From the NCBI RefSeq assembly GCF_963921235.1, contig NC_086097.1:84074001-84138000 (forward strand): a DNA stretch of 64,000 bases, in the 5' to 3' direction. The DNA comes from Mobula hypostoma (Eukaryota). Shown piece after piece: positions 12,232-23,770 of this stretch. The notes under the pieces were generated by a model. It did no database searches. It saw only the letters and a list, made by a program, of their open reading frames with translations, and was not told the DNA's origin. Position 1 is the first letter of the stretch; the number at the start of each line of letters is the position of its first letter. A program made the position numbers and the translations under genes.

Positions 12232-15200
12232 TTAACATCTAGATAAACAATCAGCGATCACGTTATATTTACCCTTAATATGAGTGATCAAAATATTGTA
12301 CTCCTGTAATATTAGACTCCAATTTAATAACCTTCTATTTTTTTTTTCATCTTACTCAAAAACACTAACGGATTGTGATCGGTATAAACTGTGAGTGGTT
12401 TATGAGTAGTACCAACATACACTTCAAAATGTTGTAAAGCCAAAACAAGAGATAACAACTCTTTCTCTATTGTTGAATAATTTCTTTGACGGGCATTAAA
12501 TTTCTTAGAAAGATAAGCCACCAGACAATCAACTTCATCACCATCATCTCTTTGAAGTAACACTGCTCCTGCAGCTTCATCACTAGTATCTACAGCTAAC
12601 AAAAATATTTTTTCAAAGTCAGGAGATTTAAGTACAGGTTGACTACATATTATAGTTTTCAATTTATCAAATGCCTCCTGACAAGACTCTGTCCAAACAA
12701 ACTTTTCATTTTTCTTCAAGAGATTAGTCAATGGAAGAGCAATGTTGGCAAAATCTTTACAGAATTTTCTGTAATATCCTACCATACCCAAGAATCTTCT
12801 GAGAGTTTTTCTACAAGTTGGAGTGGGTACTTCTAAAATTGCCTGAACTTTTGCTTGAACAGGTGCTAATTTCCCCTGACCCACAACATAACCAAGGTAA
12901 GTAACTGTGGCATGATCAAATTCACTTTTAGCTAAGTTAATAGTTAAGTTAGCTTTTGAAAGTCTCTCAAATAGTTTCTTCCCTGCAGTAATATGTGCTT
13001 TCCACGTATTATTTCCTGTAACTAAATCATCAATATATGCATCTGTATCTTTTAATTCCTGAATCACACTATTAATCATCCTCTGAAAAATACCTGGTGC
13101 ATTCTTCATCCCAAATGGAAGAACATTATATTCATATAACCCAGAGGGGTTACAAATGCAGAAATCTCTCTACCTCTATCCGTCAATGGAACACACCAAT
13201 AACCTTTTAACAAATCAATTTTTGTAAGGAATTTGGCCTGTCCAACTTTATTCACACAATCATCTACCCTAGGGATTGGATATGCATCAGTTTTTGTCAC
13301 AGCATTCACCTTTCTGTAATCTGTACAAAACCTAATATTATTGTCTGGCTTTGGCACCATAACGCACGGTGAAATCCAATTCGAATTAGAAGGTCTAATA
13401 ATATTATTCTCTAACATATACTTAATTTCTCATACAGCAAGTTCACATTTTTCCCTGTTCATTCGATACGGATTTTGTTTTAAGGGTTTTGCATCTCCAA
13501 CATCTACATCATGCGTAGCTACGGTGGTTCTTCTAGGGAAGTGTGGAAATAAATCTCTATATTTAAAAATTAACTGTTTCATCTGCTCTCTCTGCTCTGG
13601 CTGTAAGTGAACTAATTTTTCATCAATATTTTCTAGAATTTTTGAATTTGGTAACCTGGCTGAAATAATTTTGGGTTTAAAATGAGTTTCAGATGAATCC
13701 TCCATTAAGTTTTTATCAAGATCAGACTCATTATTGATCACAACAGTCATAGTGGCAATCTCTCTCTCATAATACCGTTTTATCATATTTATATGACACA
13801 GCTGTGTTGTCTTTCTCCGATCTGGCGTTTTTACCACATAATCCACATCATTTACCTTAGATTTAATCTCATAAGGTCCATGAAATTTGGCTTGTAATGG
13901 GTTCGTTTGCACTGGGAAAAGAACCAACACCTTATCTCCAGGCTTAAATGACCTCATCCTAGCTTCCCTATCATACCAAGCCTTCATCTTCTCTTGAGCT
14001 AACTTTAAATTTTCCTTGGCCAAGCTACAAGCTTTATACAACCTTCTTTTAAATTTTAAAACATAATCTAGCAAATTAGTATGTACTTCTTTATTAATCC
14101 ACTGTTCCTTCAACAAGGCCAAAGGTCCTCGAAATCTATGTCCAAACACAAGTTCAAAAGGACTAAAATCTAATGATTCCTGTACTGCCTCCCTTACTGC
14201 AAAAAGTAGTAAAGTATACCTGCATCCCAGTCCTTTTCATTTTCCACACAGTATGTCCTAATCATAGTTTTTAGTGTAGAATGAAATCTCTCCAAGGCTC
14301 CTTGTAATTCTGGATGATAGGCTGAGGAAATAATCTGTTTTGCTCCCAGTTTATAAACTATCTGCTGAAACAACCCAGACATAAAGTTACTACCTTGATC
14401 TGATTGTATTTCTTTAGGCAACCCAAAATAAGTAAAGAATTTTATAAGAGCCTTTGTCACAGTTTTGGCTGTTATATTCCTAAGAGGTACTGCCTCTGGA
14501 AACCTAGATGCTGTGCACATAATAGTTAATAAATATTGATGTCCAGTTTTAGTTTTTGGCAAAGGACCTACACAGTCTACAATGATTTTTGAGAACGGCT
14601 CACCCAATACTGGGATTGGTTGCAGTGGGGCCACTGGAGTAACCTGTTTAGGTTTACCCACAATTTGACACGTATGTCATGTTCTACAAAATGTCACCAC
14701 ATCTTGTCTTAAACTAGGCCAATAAAAATGTTTAGAAACTTTGTTCATAGTTTTCTTTACACCTAAATGACTACCCAAAGGAATACTATGAACCAGATTT
14801 AAAATCTCATTTCAGTAAATTTTAGGAACTACTACCTGATGATTAACTTCCCATTCCTCACTAGCAGGAATTGTAGGCAATCTCCACTTTCTCATTAATA
14901 CCCCCTTTTCAAAATAATATCTGACTGGCACTTTTTCAATTTCACTATCTGGAAGAGCTTGTTCTTTTAATTTAACTATCTCAGGATCTCTACCCTGCTC
15001 TGCTATCATCTCCTTCCGAGAAAAAGACAAATCTTCCTGGTCAGACTTAACACCAAAATCCTGATCAAATAATATAGGTAAGAAAGTTTCTGATACATCC
15101 TCAAAATTCGAATCTTGATTTGAACTGTCATGGGTAACAACCTCATCCTTTACATCACTCTTTTTAGCCATAGCTCTTGTTACAACACAGGAAGAATCTG

Positions 15201-16762
15201 TGTTAGAATCCCTCTGTGGTTCCTCAGAATTTGAATTTATTGTCAAATTGCACTTCAGGAAAAACTTGTCCACCTGCTAAATCATTCCCTAGCAAAAGAG
15301 AAACATCATTCATAGGTAAACTGGATTGTAATCCTACTTTAACAACCCCTGTAACTAATCCTGACCTTAAATTTACTCTATGTAAATGTACTGGCATAAG
15401 GGCACTTCCAACTCCTCTTATATAATTTACCTCATGAGTGTCAGACTCATCACTAAACTTTAGCACCCTGTCTAATATTAGTGATTGAGAAGCTCCGGTA
15501 TCTCTAAGTATCCTTATTGGTACTGAATTGGATCCTTCTTTCAAGGATACAAATCCTTTTGTTATATAAGTTTCATATCCTTTCTTAACTCGGTCAGACT
15601 CTAACACATCTTCATTAATATTTTCTGAACCCTGTGGCTTTACAAGTTTTTCAATATGCTGCACACAAGCATCTGGGTCTACTTCTTTCTCTTTCCTTTT
15701 CAATCGAAAGCAATTAGCTACTACATGTCCAGGTTTTTTACAATAATTACAAACAATACCAGAATGTCTTTCCTTCACATGTCTCCCTTCATCCTTACTT
15801 ATCTCACTAACTTCAGATTTAATGTCTGATTTACCTTGACTCTCTGTGCTAGTTTTCCTTTTAAAAATTTTACCTGGAGAAAATTTATTCTTGTGAATTA
15901 AAACATACTCATCAGCTAGTTTAGCAATTTCCTGCAATGTAGCAGTGTCCCGTTTATTTAAGTATGTTCTCACTTCAACAGGAATGCTTCTTTTAAATTC
16001 CTCCTGCAAAATCAACTCTTTTAATTTATTGTTCTCCCCATTCACATTTTTAGAGGAAACCCATCTCTCAAAACACACAAATTTCTTACAGGCAAATTCC
16101 ACATAAGTTTTTTCCACCGATTTCTTCAAACTTCTGAATCTTTCTCTATACGCTTCAGGAACCATCTCATATGCCTTTAATATACGTTGCTTAACAATAT
16201 CATAATCCAGTGCTTGCTCAGCATCTAAAGCTGTATAAACTTGTTGTACCTTGCCTTTAATTACACTTTGTGACATCACTGGCCATAGCTCTTTCGGCCA
16301 CTTTAAACTCAGAGCAACAGTTTCAAAATGTTTGGAAATATTTGTCCACTTCAGCTTCATTAAATGGAGGAGCCAAAATAACCTCACGACTAGCAATAAA
16401 CTGTTTCATAGAACCAGAAGACTGATTCCCGGACTTCAATTTCTGCATCTCTAGCTCAAATTTCCTCTGGTTTTCAGTTTCTTTCCGACTCTTTTCCAAA
16501 TAAGCTTCTAATTACTTTAACTGTATTTGTTCAAGATGTAACTGCATTTCCAGCTTACTCATTGGAACTTATCTAACACCTCCTCATCAAACAATTTCAA
16601 AGTAATATAATGCTCAGTGATTTTTCTTTGTATGAAAGCCTTGGTGGAATTCTTCTTAATTCCTTTAATATCCAACTTCCTAGCAATCTCCAATACCTCA
16701 GGTTTTCTCACATTCACTAAAGACCCTAAGTCAGGTGTGTCCATAAACCCGTCAATATCCAT
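12232..16762 (-). pseudogene. Gmr1 gag-pol: SCAN-like capsid, CCHC knuckle, protease, integrase, RT, RNase H (several frameshifts and stops)
   Basis: CNYCKKPGHVVANC, LRDTGAS, IVDCVGPL..SDQGSNF..YHPELQGALER (INT, 14194-14661), FCTDYRKVN..KIDLLKGY and YIDD (RT), AVDTS..NYSTIEKE (RH). Ends VIADCLSRC* at 12232. Confidence 0.93.
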
Positions 16763-16868
16763 TGTTGCTGAATACCACTCACACCGATCAAACCAAAAAA
16801 AAATCAGATATTTCCCTTTTCCAAATCAAAATGGCAATTACCAGCACTTAAACTCAAAATCCGAACAC

Positions 16869-16886
16869 ATCCCGGATGAGCCCCCA
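16869..16886 (-). promoter_or_regulatory. Primer-binding site, tRNA-Pro
   Basis: Minus strand TGGGGGCTCATCCGGGAT, one mismatch from the canonical PBS-Pro TGGGGGCTCGTCCGGGAT, 7 nt from the 5' LTR. Confidence 0.9.
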
Positions 16887-16893
16887 CAGATTA

Positions 16894-17776
16894 TGTTATG
16901 TAACCGGCAATAATGAATATCAGTTGAGACAGGTTATATAAAAACAACCAAACATTTATTAAACATGGATAAATGATAAAAAAAACAAATGAAAACTTTA
17001 ACCGGAAGTTAATCGTTATGCAGCCGTTCAACAAATCATCACTCGGCACTGGTTCTTAAAGCGTTAAATGCGAAAACAGTTCTTAAAGCGATAAAGTCAG
17101 ATATAGTTCTTAAAATGGTAAATTCAAAAGTCCAACAGATTTATACGTTCAATTGGGAGAGACTTCTCTGGAGAAGGATTTCTTCATAGGCGCGACTTTC
17201 CTGCTGGTTCTGTTCACAGGATTCGCGATGCAGTAAATAAACAGTTTAAAAGAACTGACCTTAAATTCTAGAGAGAGCAAACCTTTGCATGAACTCTTTG
17301 CTGGTTTGGCAAGAGTTATCTTCGATGCAGGTCGCTACTCCTTAACGAAGTCTCAATAAGGTCGATCCTTTGTTAAACTGCTGAACGATACCGACTCCTC
17401 TCAATCCTTTGGTCCTGTACTTAAATAAAGTCTTCACTCTCCCTTCTACTGCTGCTGGAATAAGGTATGTCAGCACATCTAGCAAAAATTTCCAGTTCAG
17501 AAATATTGTACCTTGCAACAGAATGCACAACCGTTTCAAAAATGAAACTGCTTCACAAAAACAAACACGCAACGGAAACGGAGACATAACACGTTCTACC
17601 TGGAACTCTAAAAACTAAAAACTAACTGCGTCATCTGGGGTCTACCCTCATATACCCATGGTGCACATGTCATCACGTGACCTCACATCGGCGGGAAAAT
17701 TACATCAGGGGACCTCCAAAAGACCATTACATCATTCTCATTAAAAAAAACACAGATCTCCTTGAGGCATGTAACA
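16894..17776 (-). repeat. 5' LTR of the Gmr1-like element
   Basis: Direct repeat of 6831-7711, adjacent to the PBS. Confidence 0.95.
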
Positions 17777-17780
17777 GTTC

Positions 17781-18141
17781 TAGTGAAGTTCTGCATCTTT
17801 AACCAGTGGACTACCAGGAGAGACTTAGACCAGGTGGGCCCAGGTGCAGAGCAGACCAGAGACAAGGATGAATTGAGCAAAGAATCCTTACTTGTGGATT
17901 GGTTGGTAGCAGCCACAGGCTAGGACTTGGAACCCACGGCACACAAGGTAGGTAAACTCAGGACTGAGCAAAGATGAATGTAACAAAGGGAATTTAAGTG
18001 AGACCAATAAAACAACGTCCACATGCACTGGTAACTAAAACAAGACAAAGGTGAAAATAATCAACTTATCCCTCCAACAGAGGAGGAGGAGCATCAGAGT
18101 TTGGAGGACACTGGCAACACGAGGTGGTCCAAGACAAGACA
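17781..18141 (-). repeat. Main part of the 5' LTR of the sushi-like element (remainder at 6775-6830)
   Basis: Homologous to 917-1312; split by the Gmr1 insertion at the GTTC TSD. Confidence 0.85.
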
Positions 18142-18360
18142 TTCCTAAAGCGGTTAGTCTTGCCTTTTATCCTAACAAGGACATACAGTTCCAATTCTGC
18201 ACTTCCAATATTTCACTTTTGAAGGCCTCCCACTTATCAAACATCATTTTACCAGAAAACAACCTACCCTGATCCACGCTTACCAGATAGCTTCTAATGC
18301 CATCAGAATTGCCCTTTCTCCGATTTAGAATTTTAATCCAAGCACCATTATATAGGGACC
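18142..18360 (-). mobile_element. Old CR1 fragment, right half (continuation of 720-916)
   Basis: Minus-strand GRLFSGKMMFDKWEAFKSEILEVQ is CR1 ORF2-like. Confidence 0.65.
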
Positions 18361-19220
18361 ATTCCAGTAGAGAGACTCTGGTCCACTCTATCATTCCCAC
18401 CAACCATTACTTTCCTTACGGCACTTCCTGATGCAACTGCGGGTGATACAACACTTGATCTTTCACCTCTTCCCTTCCCACTATTGAGGGACACTAGTTG
18501 TCTTTCCAGATAAAGCAGTGATTTACGTACACTTCTTTCAATGTAGTCTACTGTATTCACAACGTGGTCTTTGCATCAGAGAAACCTCATGAAGATGAGA
18601 TAATCGCTTTGTAGAGAGCCTATGTTGAGTCTGAACGAATTTCCCATTGCTCACCACTTTAATTTTTCACTCCCATTCTGAGCTATCTGCGGCCTCCTGA
18701 ATTATTACAATCAGGCCCAACACCTGCCTGAGGAACATCTTCCATATAGGAACATTACAGCCTTCTGGACTTTATAACAAATTCTACAATTTAAGGTTGC
18801 TCGATTTCTGCCTGTATCCATCATTCATCTGTGAAAATGGCTGAGTTGTATGTTTTTTCCTTTCTCAGTGTTTTTTGTTAATTTTGTAACTCCTATATTC
18901 TTCTACATTCTTACTAATCTAAATGTCCCATTCAGTCAAGGACCAGGTAGCCTTATTTATCATTTATCCCCATTCACTTCAATTTGACCCTACCAAAGGC
19001 ATCCAACCTTCCCCCAACCACTTCATTCTCCTCTGCAGCTTAATGTGCTTCTTGTCTCTCCTACCCAGCTCAGATGAATATGGCTTTTGTCCTGAAGCTG
19101 CTGCTGTCTCCATTTCAGTTCTGACAAAAGGTATTCCATCTGCAACATTAATCAGGCTTCTCTTCCTACAGATGCAGCCTGATCTGCTGAACATTTTCAG
19201 CATTTTCTGTTTTTGTTGAG
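18360..19220 (+). mobile_element. Old Penelope-like GIY-YIG/3' fragment with decayed hammerhead motifs
   Basis: Degenerate similarity to 48460-49340 (GTAGTCTACTGTATTCAC..., GAGGAACATCT..., GATGCAGCCTGATCTGCTGAACATTTTCAGCATTTTCTG). Confidence 0.6.
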
Positions 19221-19459
19221 AAATCAGAAAAAGAAGATCAATGAACTAACCCAGGAACTGATGAAGCTATTCGTTTCAGAAAGAATTGTAGTTTAGCTAT
19301 TGCACACTTACGAGCAGTGAAACAAGCCTGATCAGAAAATCTGAGCATTGGTTCTTTGGCTGCCTATAATATAAATAAAATGCCCAAGTTAGTTCCAATA
19401 TTCAGCTGGAGCATCTGTACTTAGAGTAAATATGTGTCAGTGTCACAATGAGTCCAGAT

Positions 19460-20345
19460 GAAGCTTTTCCAGCATATGTTTTTGGAGACATAACAACGTT
19501 CTCAAAGTTGTAACAGAAGCGGTTGAGCAGAGAGTACTGCAGCACAACTTATCTCATGCCCCATGCTGCACAGAACATCGCATATCATTTGTGAAAGAAG
19601 GCTCCAAGTCAAGGGTGTACAGCATAGGCTCACGATCAAGCATACTTTCTTCAGCCAATGATTGGTGTGTCAAGGCTGACTTGGACGGGAAAGGCAGTTT
19701 CCCGGAGCAAATAGCTTTTACAACATTGCGTCCAGATATAATCGTATGGTCTGACACCAGTCGAGAAGCGGTTATTGGTGAACTCACAGTCCGCTGGGAA
19801 GACAACATCGATGAAGCCCATGAGCGCAAGTTAACCAAGTATGCAGAATTAAGATCAGAGTGCAGAGACAGAGGGTGGAAGGTCTCATGCTATCCATTCG
19901 AAGTAGGCTGCCGTGGGTTTATTGCGTTCACTCTCCAGAAGTGGCTGCGTGACTTTGGCTTCACTAGAAGTGAGATCAAGTCAACCAGCAGGGCTGTAGC
20001 TGAGGCAGCAGAGAAAGGATCAGCATGGGTGTGGACCAAGTATATCCAGAGGGGCAGATAGTCAGACAGTGTATACATATCTTGCAAACCCTTCAGTAGT
20101 TGCATAGACACCTGAAGAGTAGACTATCTGTTGGATGGAAGTGATCAACAACTCTGATAGAGGCAGATGCCAAGTTTTTAAGCTCACCAGTGGGAGGTTG
20201 TGCTTTAGCACTGCTGGCCCACCACCTCGAGGGAGTCTTGATCATAAGCGGGCCAAAACTCCTGAAGACAGGTGGCAAATCAATTGATAATCCCACTGGT
20301 GATAGCACAGAACAGTTAACATCTTAGTCCACGTGTATTTTGTAA
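19460..20345 (+). mobile_element. Hero-type RLE non-LTR retrotransposon, 5'-truncated (family A)
   Basis: WRHNNVL, LRPDIIVWS..IGELTVRWE..RKLTKYAEL..PFEVGCRGF is a restriction-like endonuclease domain. Stop at 20061, then a ~280-nt 3' UTR. Confidence 0.85.
20184..20302 (+). ncRNA. Candidate structured RNA (permuted hammerhead-like core + kink-turn) in Hero family A 3' UTR
   Basis: 12-bp closing stem and five further helices that map one-to-one onto 38378-38495 with compensatory changes. See findings. Confidence 0.65.
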
Positions 20346-20859
20346 CTCTATGTTGCATTACCCTGGCATTTATATTATGATAATGAAAAATAGCAGTTAC
20401 CCAGAAGATGATGGGATATTCCGATGAAATGAATGATATGACAAGACAGCCTGAACTTGTTAGAATGCAGCATTATATGTAGTTTATTGGTGTACTTCTG
20501 AAAGACCTGGTAGTACTAGATATAAAGAAAGAAAGATATTCTTTTCACCAATATAATTAGTTTCAACAGGCACAGTAAAATCACTGCCTTCAAACAATTT
20601 AGAATTAGCTTTCTAGATGTTAGTTCAGAACTGCACACAAATTTTCCCAATAATTATTTTACCATGTTACTCACCACAACAATGTTTTCTTTCATTGTTA
20701 AAATTGATAATAATCTGTATGTTTTTACTCCTTTCTGTTAGCATTATTGAGTGGGTTGGAAGTTTAACCATTTGAAAACTTGAGTCCCTCATGTAGACTG
20801 GGATAAGCTTCAAATTGCTGAGGCACTACACCTTCGTACAGCAAGTTTGGGTGTGAAGA

Positions 20860-21085
20860 CCCTAAGTATCTGATTTACTCTGGAAGCAGAAGGTTCAGGA
20901 TTCAACACCCATACTAGAGACTTGATTACACAAGTGCAGATGACTTCTCAGTACATGAGATATTTTACTGCCTGTGATGCCTTTTTTCAGAAAACATATT
21001 AAACTGTATTCCTGTCCTCTCAGATAGCCAGGCACATGGCACATTTTGAAACATGGCAGGGAAGTTGTTCAATATTAATTCCAGC
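20860..21085 (+). mobile_element. Degenerate DeuSINE (SacSINE1-like)
   Basis: tRNA-like head (AGAAGGTT..GATTCAA..AGAGACTTGA) followed by Deu-domain-like CTCTCAG..CATGGCAC..TTTTGAA..GCAGGGAAGTT. Recognised from memory of the consensus. Confidence 0.5.
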
Positions 21086-21609
21086 AATGTTTTGGATGTT
21101 GGCAATGAGCAATGTCTAAGCTTCAGAATTTCTAATTTGTTTTGGAGTATCATGAGTCTAGAGCTGTTCTATAATAATTGGAAGTTCTATTTTTCCTAAC
21201 AGGATTACGCTGTGCATGCTGTAATGTAACTGGGGAACATGGGTAAACAAGAATGAGCCTTGCCCACAAAACACCACTGAAATGTTTTGGCTTGTGGGAA
21301 ACCACACCCACAGCTTTGTCAATGTCAAAGTTAATAAGGCTATTAAATGCCTTTGAAAATCACAAAGATTTAAAAAACTGTTAAAATGTTACAAAGTTAT
21401 GTTTTTATAAATAAAAAACTAAAATCAACAGAAACCATCCCCTCTCAGTGCTGCTGGACGTGCAGTGCTTCGACAACTGCATTTTGTGCTCAGTTTCTGA
21501 AATGAGTTCCACTGAAGTTGTTGGAATGAAATTCTGAGGCAGAGCTCAAATCTCCATACTGCATGTCTAGCATTAACAATGGGACTGAGCTTCAGGCGAT
21601 CATTTCTTT

Positions 21610-21900
21610 TGTCCTTAAGCATTTCACCTTGCTTAAAATGTTGTCCCCAAAGTGTCTTCACAGCAGCCAGCTTTGAGCCCAGGAAGAACCTACAGAGATG
21701 AAAGTGTTAAGTGACCAGATCATTCACTTTCTAATGATGATAGTTCAGGGTCTTTTACGTCCTTCTGAGAGAGCACAAAGGTCTTCTGTCCTACGTCCCA
21801 AAGCAGTTTTCCTTCCATAACATTCTGCATTAGTGTTCTTCACTGAAGAGGGACTTCAACATACAATTTCCTGAGAAAAGAAAGTAACCACTGAAACTTT
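21610..21900 (-). mobile_element. Degenerate DeuSINE (SacSINE1-like)
   Basis: GGGTCTTTTACGTCCTTCTGAGAGAGCA and GGGACTTCAACATACAATTTCCTGA match the reverse complement of the same family. Confidence 0.5.
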
Positions 21901-22870
21901 CGTACATAACATTAGAAATAGAACAGAAGTAGGCTTTTCAACCTCTCATGCCTATACGGTATTCCTTTTCAATAAGATCACAATTGATTTGGTTTTGTCA
22001 GCATCACTTTCTTTCACTAACACCATATTCCTTGATTCCCGTCATATCCAAAATCCATTGATCTCTGCCTTAAATGCAGGTCCTCCACAAGTGCCTGATT
22101 TCATATGCTCCTATGCATTACAATCAAGAGCTTAAAAGACCGATGAGATGGGTTTGCCAAATGCAGGAGTGCTCTGGTGTGTGGGAACTCATTTGCAGCT
22201 GTATTTTCAATTTGTAAAGTGTGCAGGTTATGAACAGTTAACTGAAATTGAATCCTATCTGACCTTGGGGAGGGTTTACTTACTCAACACTTGAACCTTC
22301 ACAAACCTGGTGGAAAATATACAGAGATTTTATAATGCAAAATATAAAATGTTGACTTTACTGTTTCAAGGAAGGTAGTTAAGTAGGTTTCATTTATAAA
22401 ACTATCTGTGTTTTCTGTAATAGATTTAATCTGGTGGAACGTACACTCAGTGGGTACTTTGTTAGGTATATCTGTACACTAGACCATGAATGCAAATATA
22501 TAATCAGCTAATCATGTGGGAGCAACTCAAAGCATAAAGAGCATGCAGACATGGTCAAGAGATTCAGTTGTTGTGCAGGCCAGACATCAGAATGGGGATG
22601 AAATATGATCTTAGTGACTTTGACCATGGAATGATTGTTGGTGCCTGGCGGTGTGTTTGAGCATTTTGGAAACTGCAGATATCCTCAGATTTTCATGCAC
22701 AGCAGTCTCTAAAGTTAATAGAGAATGGTATGATAGACAAAAAACATCCAGTGACCAGCACTTCTATGGGTGAAAACGGCTTGTTAAAGAGAAGCCAGAG
22801 GATAGTGGCCAGACTGGTTCAAGCTGATAGGAAAGTGACAGTAACTCAAATAACCAAATGTTACAACAGT

Positions 22871-23368
22871 AAGGTGTAAGGAGTATCCAGGGAGGGGTTA
22901 GTACCTCTGGTGAAGGGACTTGTCATGTTCATTCTGGGGTAGCTCCCTCACTTTTGGTCCCCACTGGACACTTAGCTCTCAGCTGTGGCTCCAAGTAGCT
23001 GCTTGCATGTGACATGGACCACACCCTGGTACACCAATTTGACAGGTTGGATAGGGACATGCCTGTCCGAGCCTGTGAAGTCAGCTCCGGATGACTGGGT
23101 GGACGAGATCAACAGTGAGGTCCAATGGCCAGGAAGGCAGCACTGCAACGCTCGAGGAGAGAGGAGAGCGAAGAGCATGACAGGGGCATGAAGGTCATGG
23201 TCATCCACTGCGACCAAGGAAGACCCTAGCTTGTGCTGCTTGTTCGTACCACTTGACCTGGACTTGTGAGGTTGAGAGAGTGGAACTGCCCCAGTGCAAT
23301 GCTTTTCCACTTTAAAAACTCTTCCTCACAGGTTTCCTGTCATCGTCAGACATGATGGACAACCACCG
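22871..23368 (+). mobile_element. ~500-bp non-coding retroposon-like insertion (possibly RTE-derived)
   Basis: Interrupts the Tc1 sequence. Flanked by CAACAGT (22864-22870) and CAACAAT (23369-23375), a likely TSD. Confidence 0.6.
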
Positions 23369-23487
23369 CAACAATGGTGTGCAGAAGGGCATCTCTGAAT
23401 GCACAACACACCAAACTTTGAAATGGATGGACTATAGCAGCAGAAGACCACAAACATAAACTCAGTGGCACTTTATTAGGAACAGGA

Positions 23488-23770
23488 ACGTGGTAGAGTA
23501 CTGGCAAGCACAACATTTTACAATACCAGCATCCGGGTTCAATTCTCACTGCTGTCTGTAAGGAGTTTGTACATTCTCCCCGTGACTGCATGGGTTTCTA
23601 ATGGGCTGTAAGGTTTCTTCCCACAGCCCAAAGATGTACCAGTTGGTAGGTTAATTGGTCGTTGTAAATTGTCCCGTGATTAGACTAGGGTTAGATTGGG
23701 GGTTACTGGGTGGCATGACTTGAAGTGCTGGAAGGGCCTATTCCATGCTGTACCTCGATAAATAAATAAT
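23488..23770 (+). mobile_element. tRNA-derived V-SINE (HE1-like)
   Basis: B-box GGGTTCAATTC, V-domain GGAGTTTGTACATTCTCCCCGTGACTGCATGGGTTTC, (AATA)n tail. Confidence 0.8.

Larger units (their letters stand above)
6831..17776 (-). mobile_element. Full-length Gmr1-clade Gypsy LTR retrotransposon (PR-INT-RT-RH order, SCAN-like gag)
   Basis: ~880-bp TG..CA LTRs at 6831-7711 and 16894-17776, perfect 4-bp TSD GTTC (6827-6830 / 17777-17780), tRNA-Pro PBS, polypurine tract at 7712-7720, integrase upstream of RT. Confidence 0.95.
917..18141 (-). mobile_element. Degenerate Ty3/Gypsy chromovirus (Tf1/sushi group) LTR retrotransposon, interrupted by nested insertions
   Basis: TG..CA LTRs at 917-1312 and at 6775-6830 plus 17781-18141. 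Gag ATG at 6756, protease (ALMDSGAAGHF, ~5690), RT (4506-5162 ORF: YPLP, FTKLDL), RNase H (2734-3000), integrase (1901-2398), chromodomain (VKWEEYSPQETLWVP..DILD, 1233-1460 ORF). Degenerate 5-bp TSD TCACT/TTCCT. Confidence 0.88.

Noticed and set aside
20860..21900. Inverted DeuSINE pair as a functional hairpin or enhancer
   Set aside because: Both copies are heavily degenerate; no evidence of constraint from this sequence alone.
23488..23560. tRNA-like A/B box sequences (also ~25330 and ~46600)
   Set aside because: These are SINE heads followed by a V-domain; no cloverleaf.
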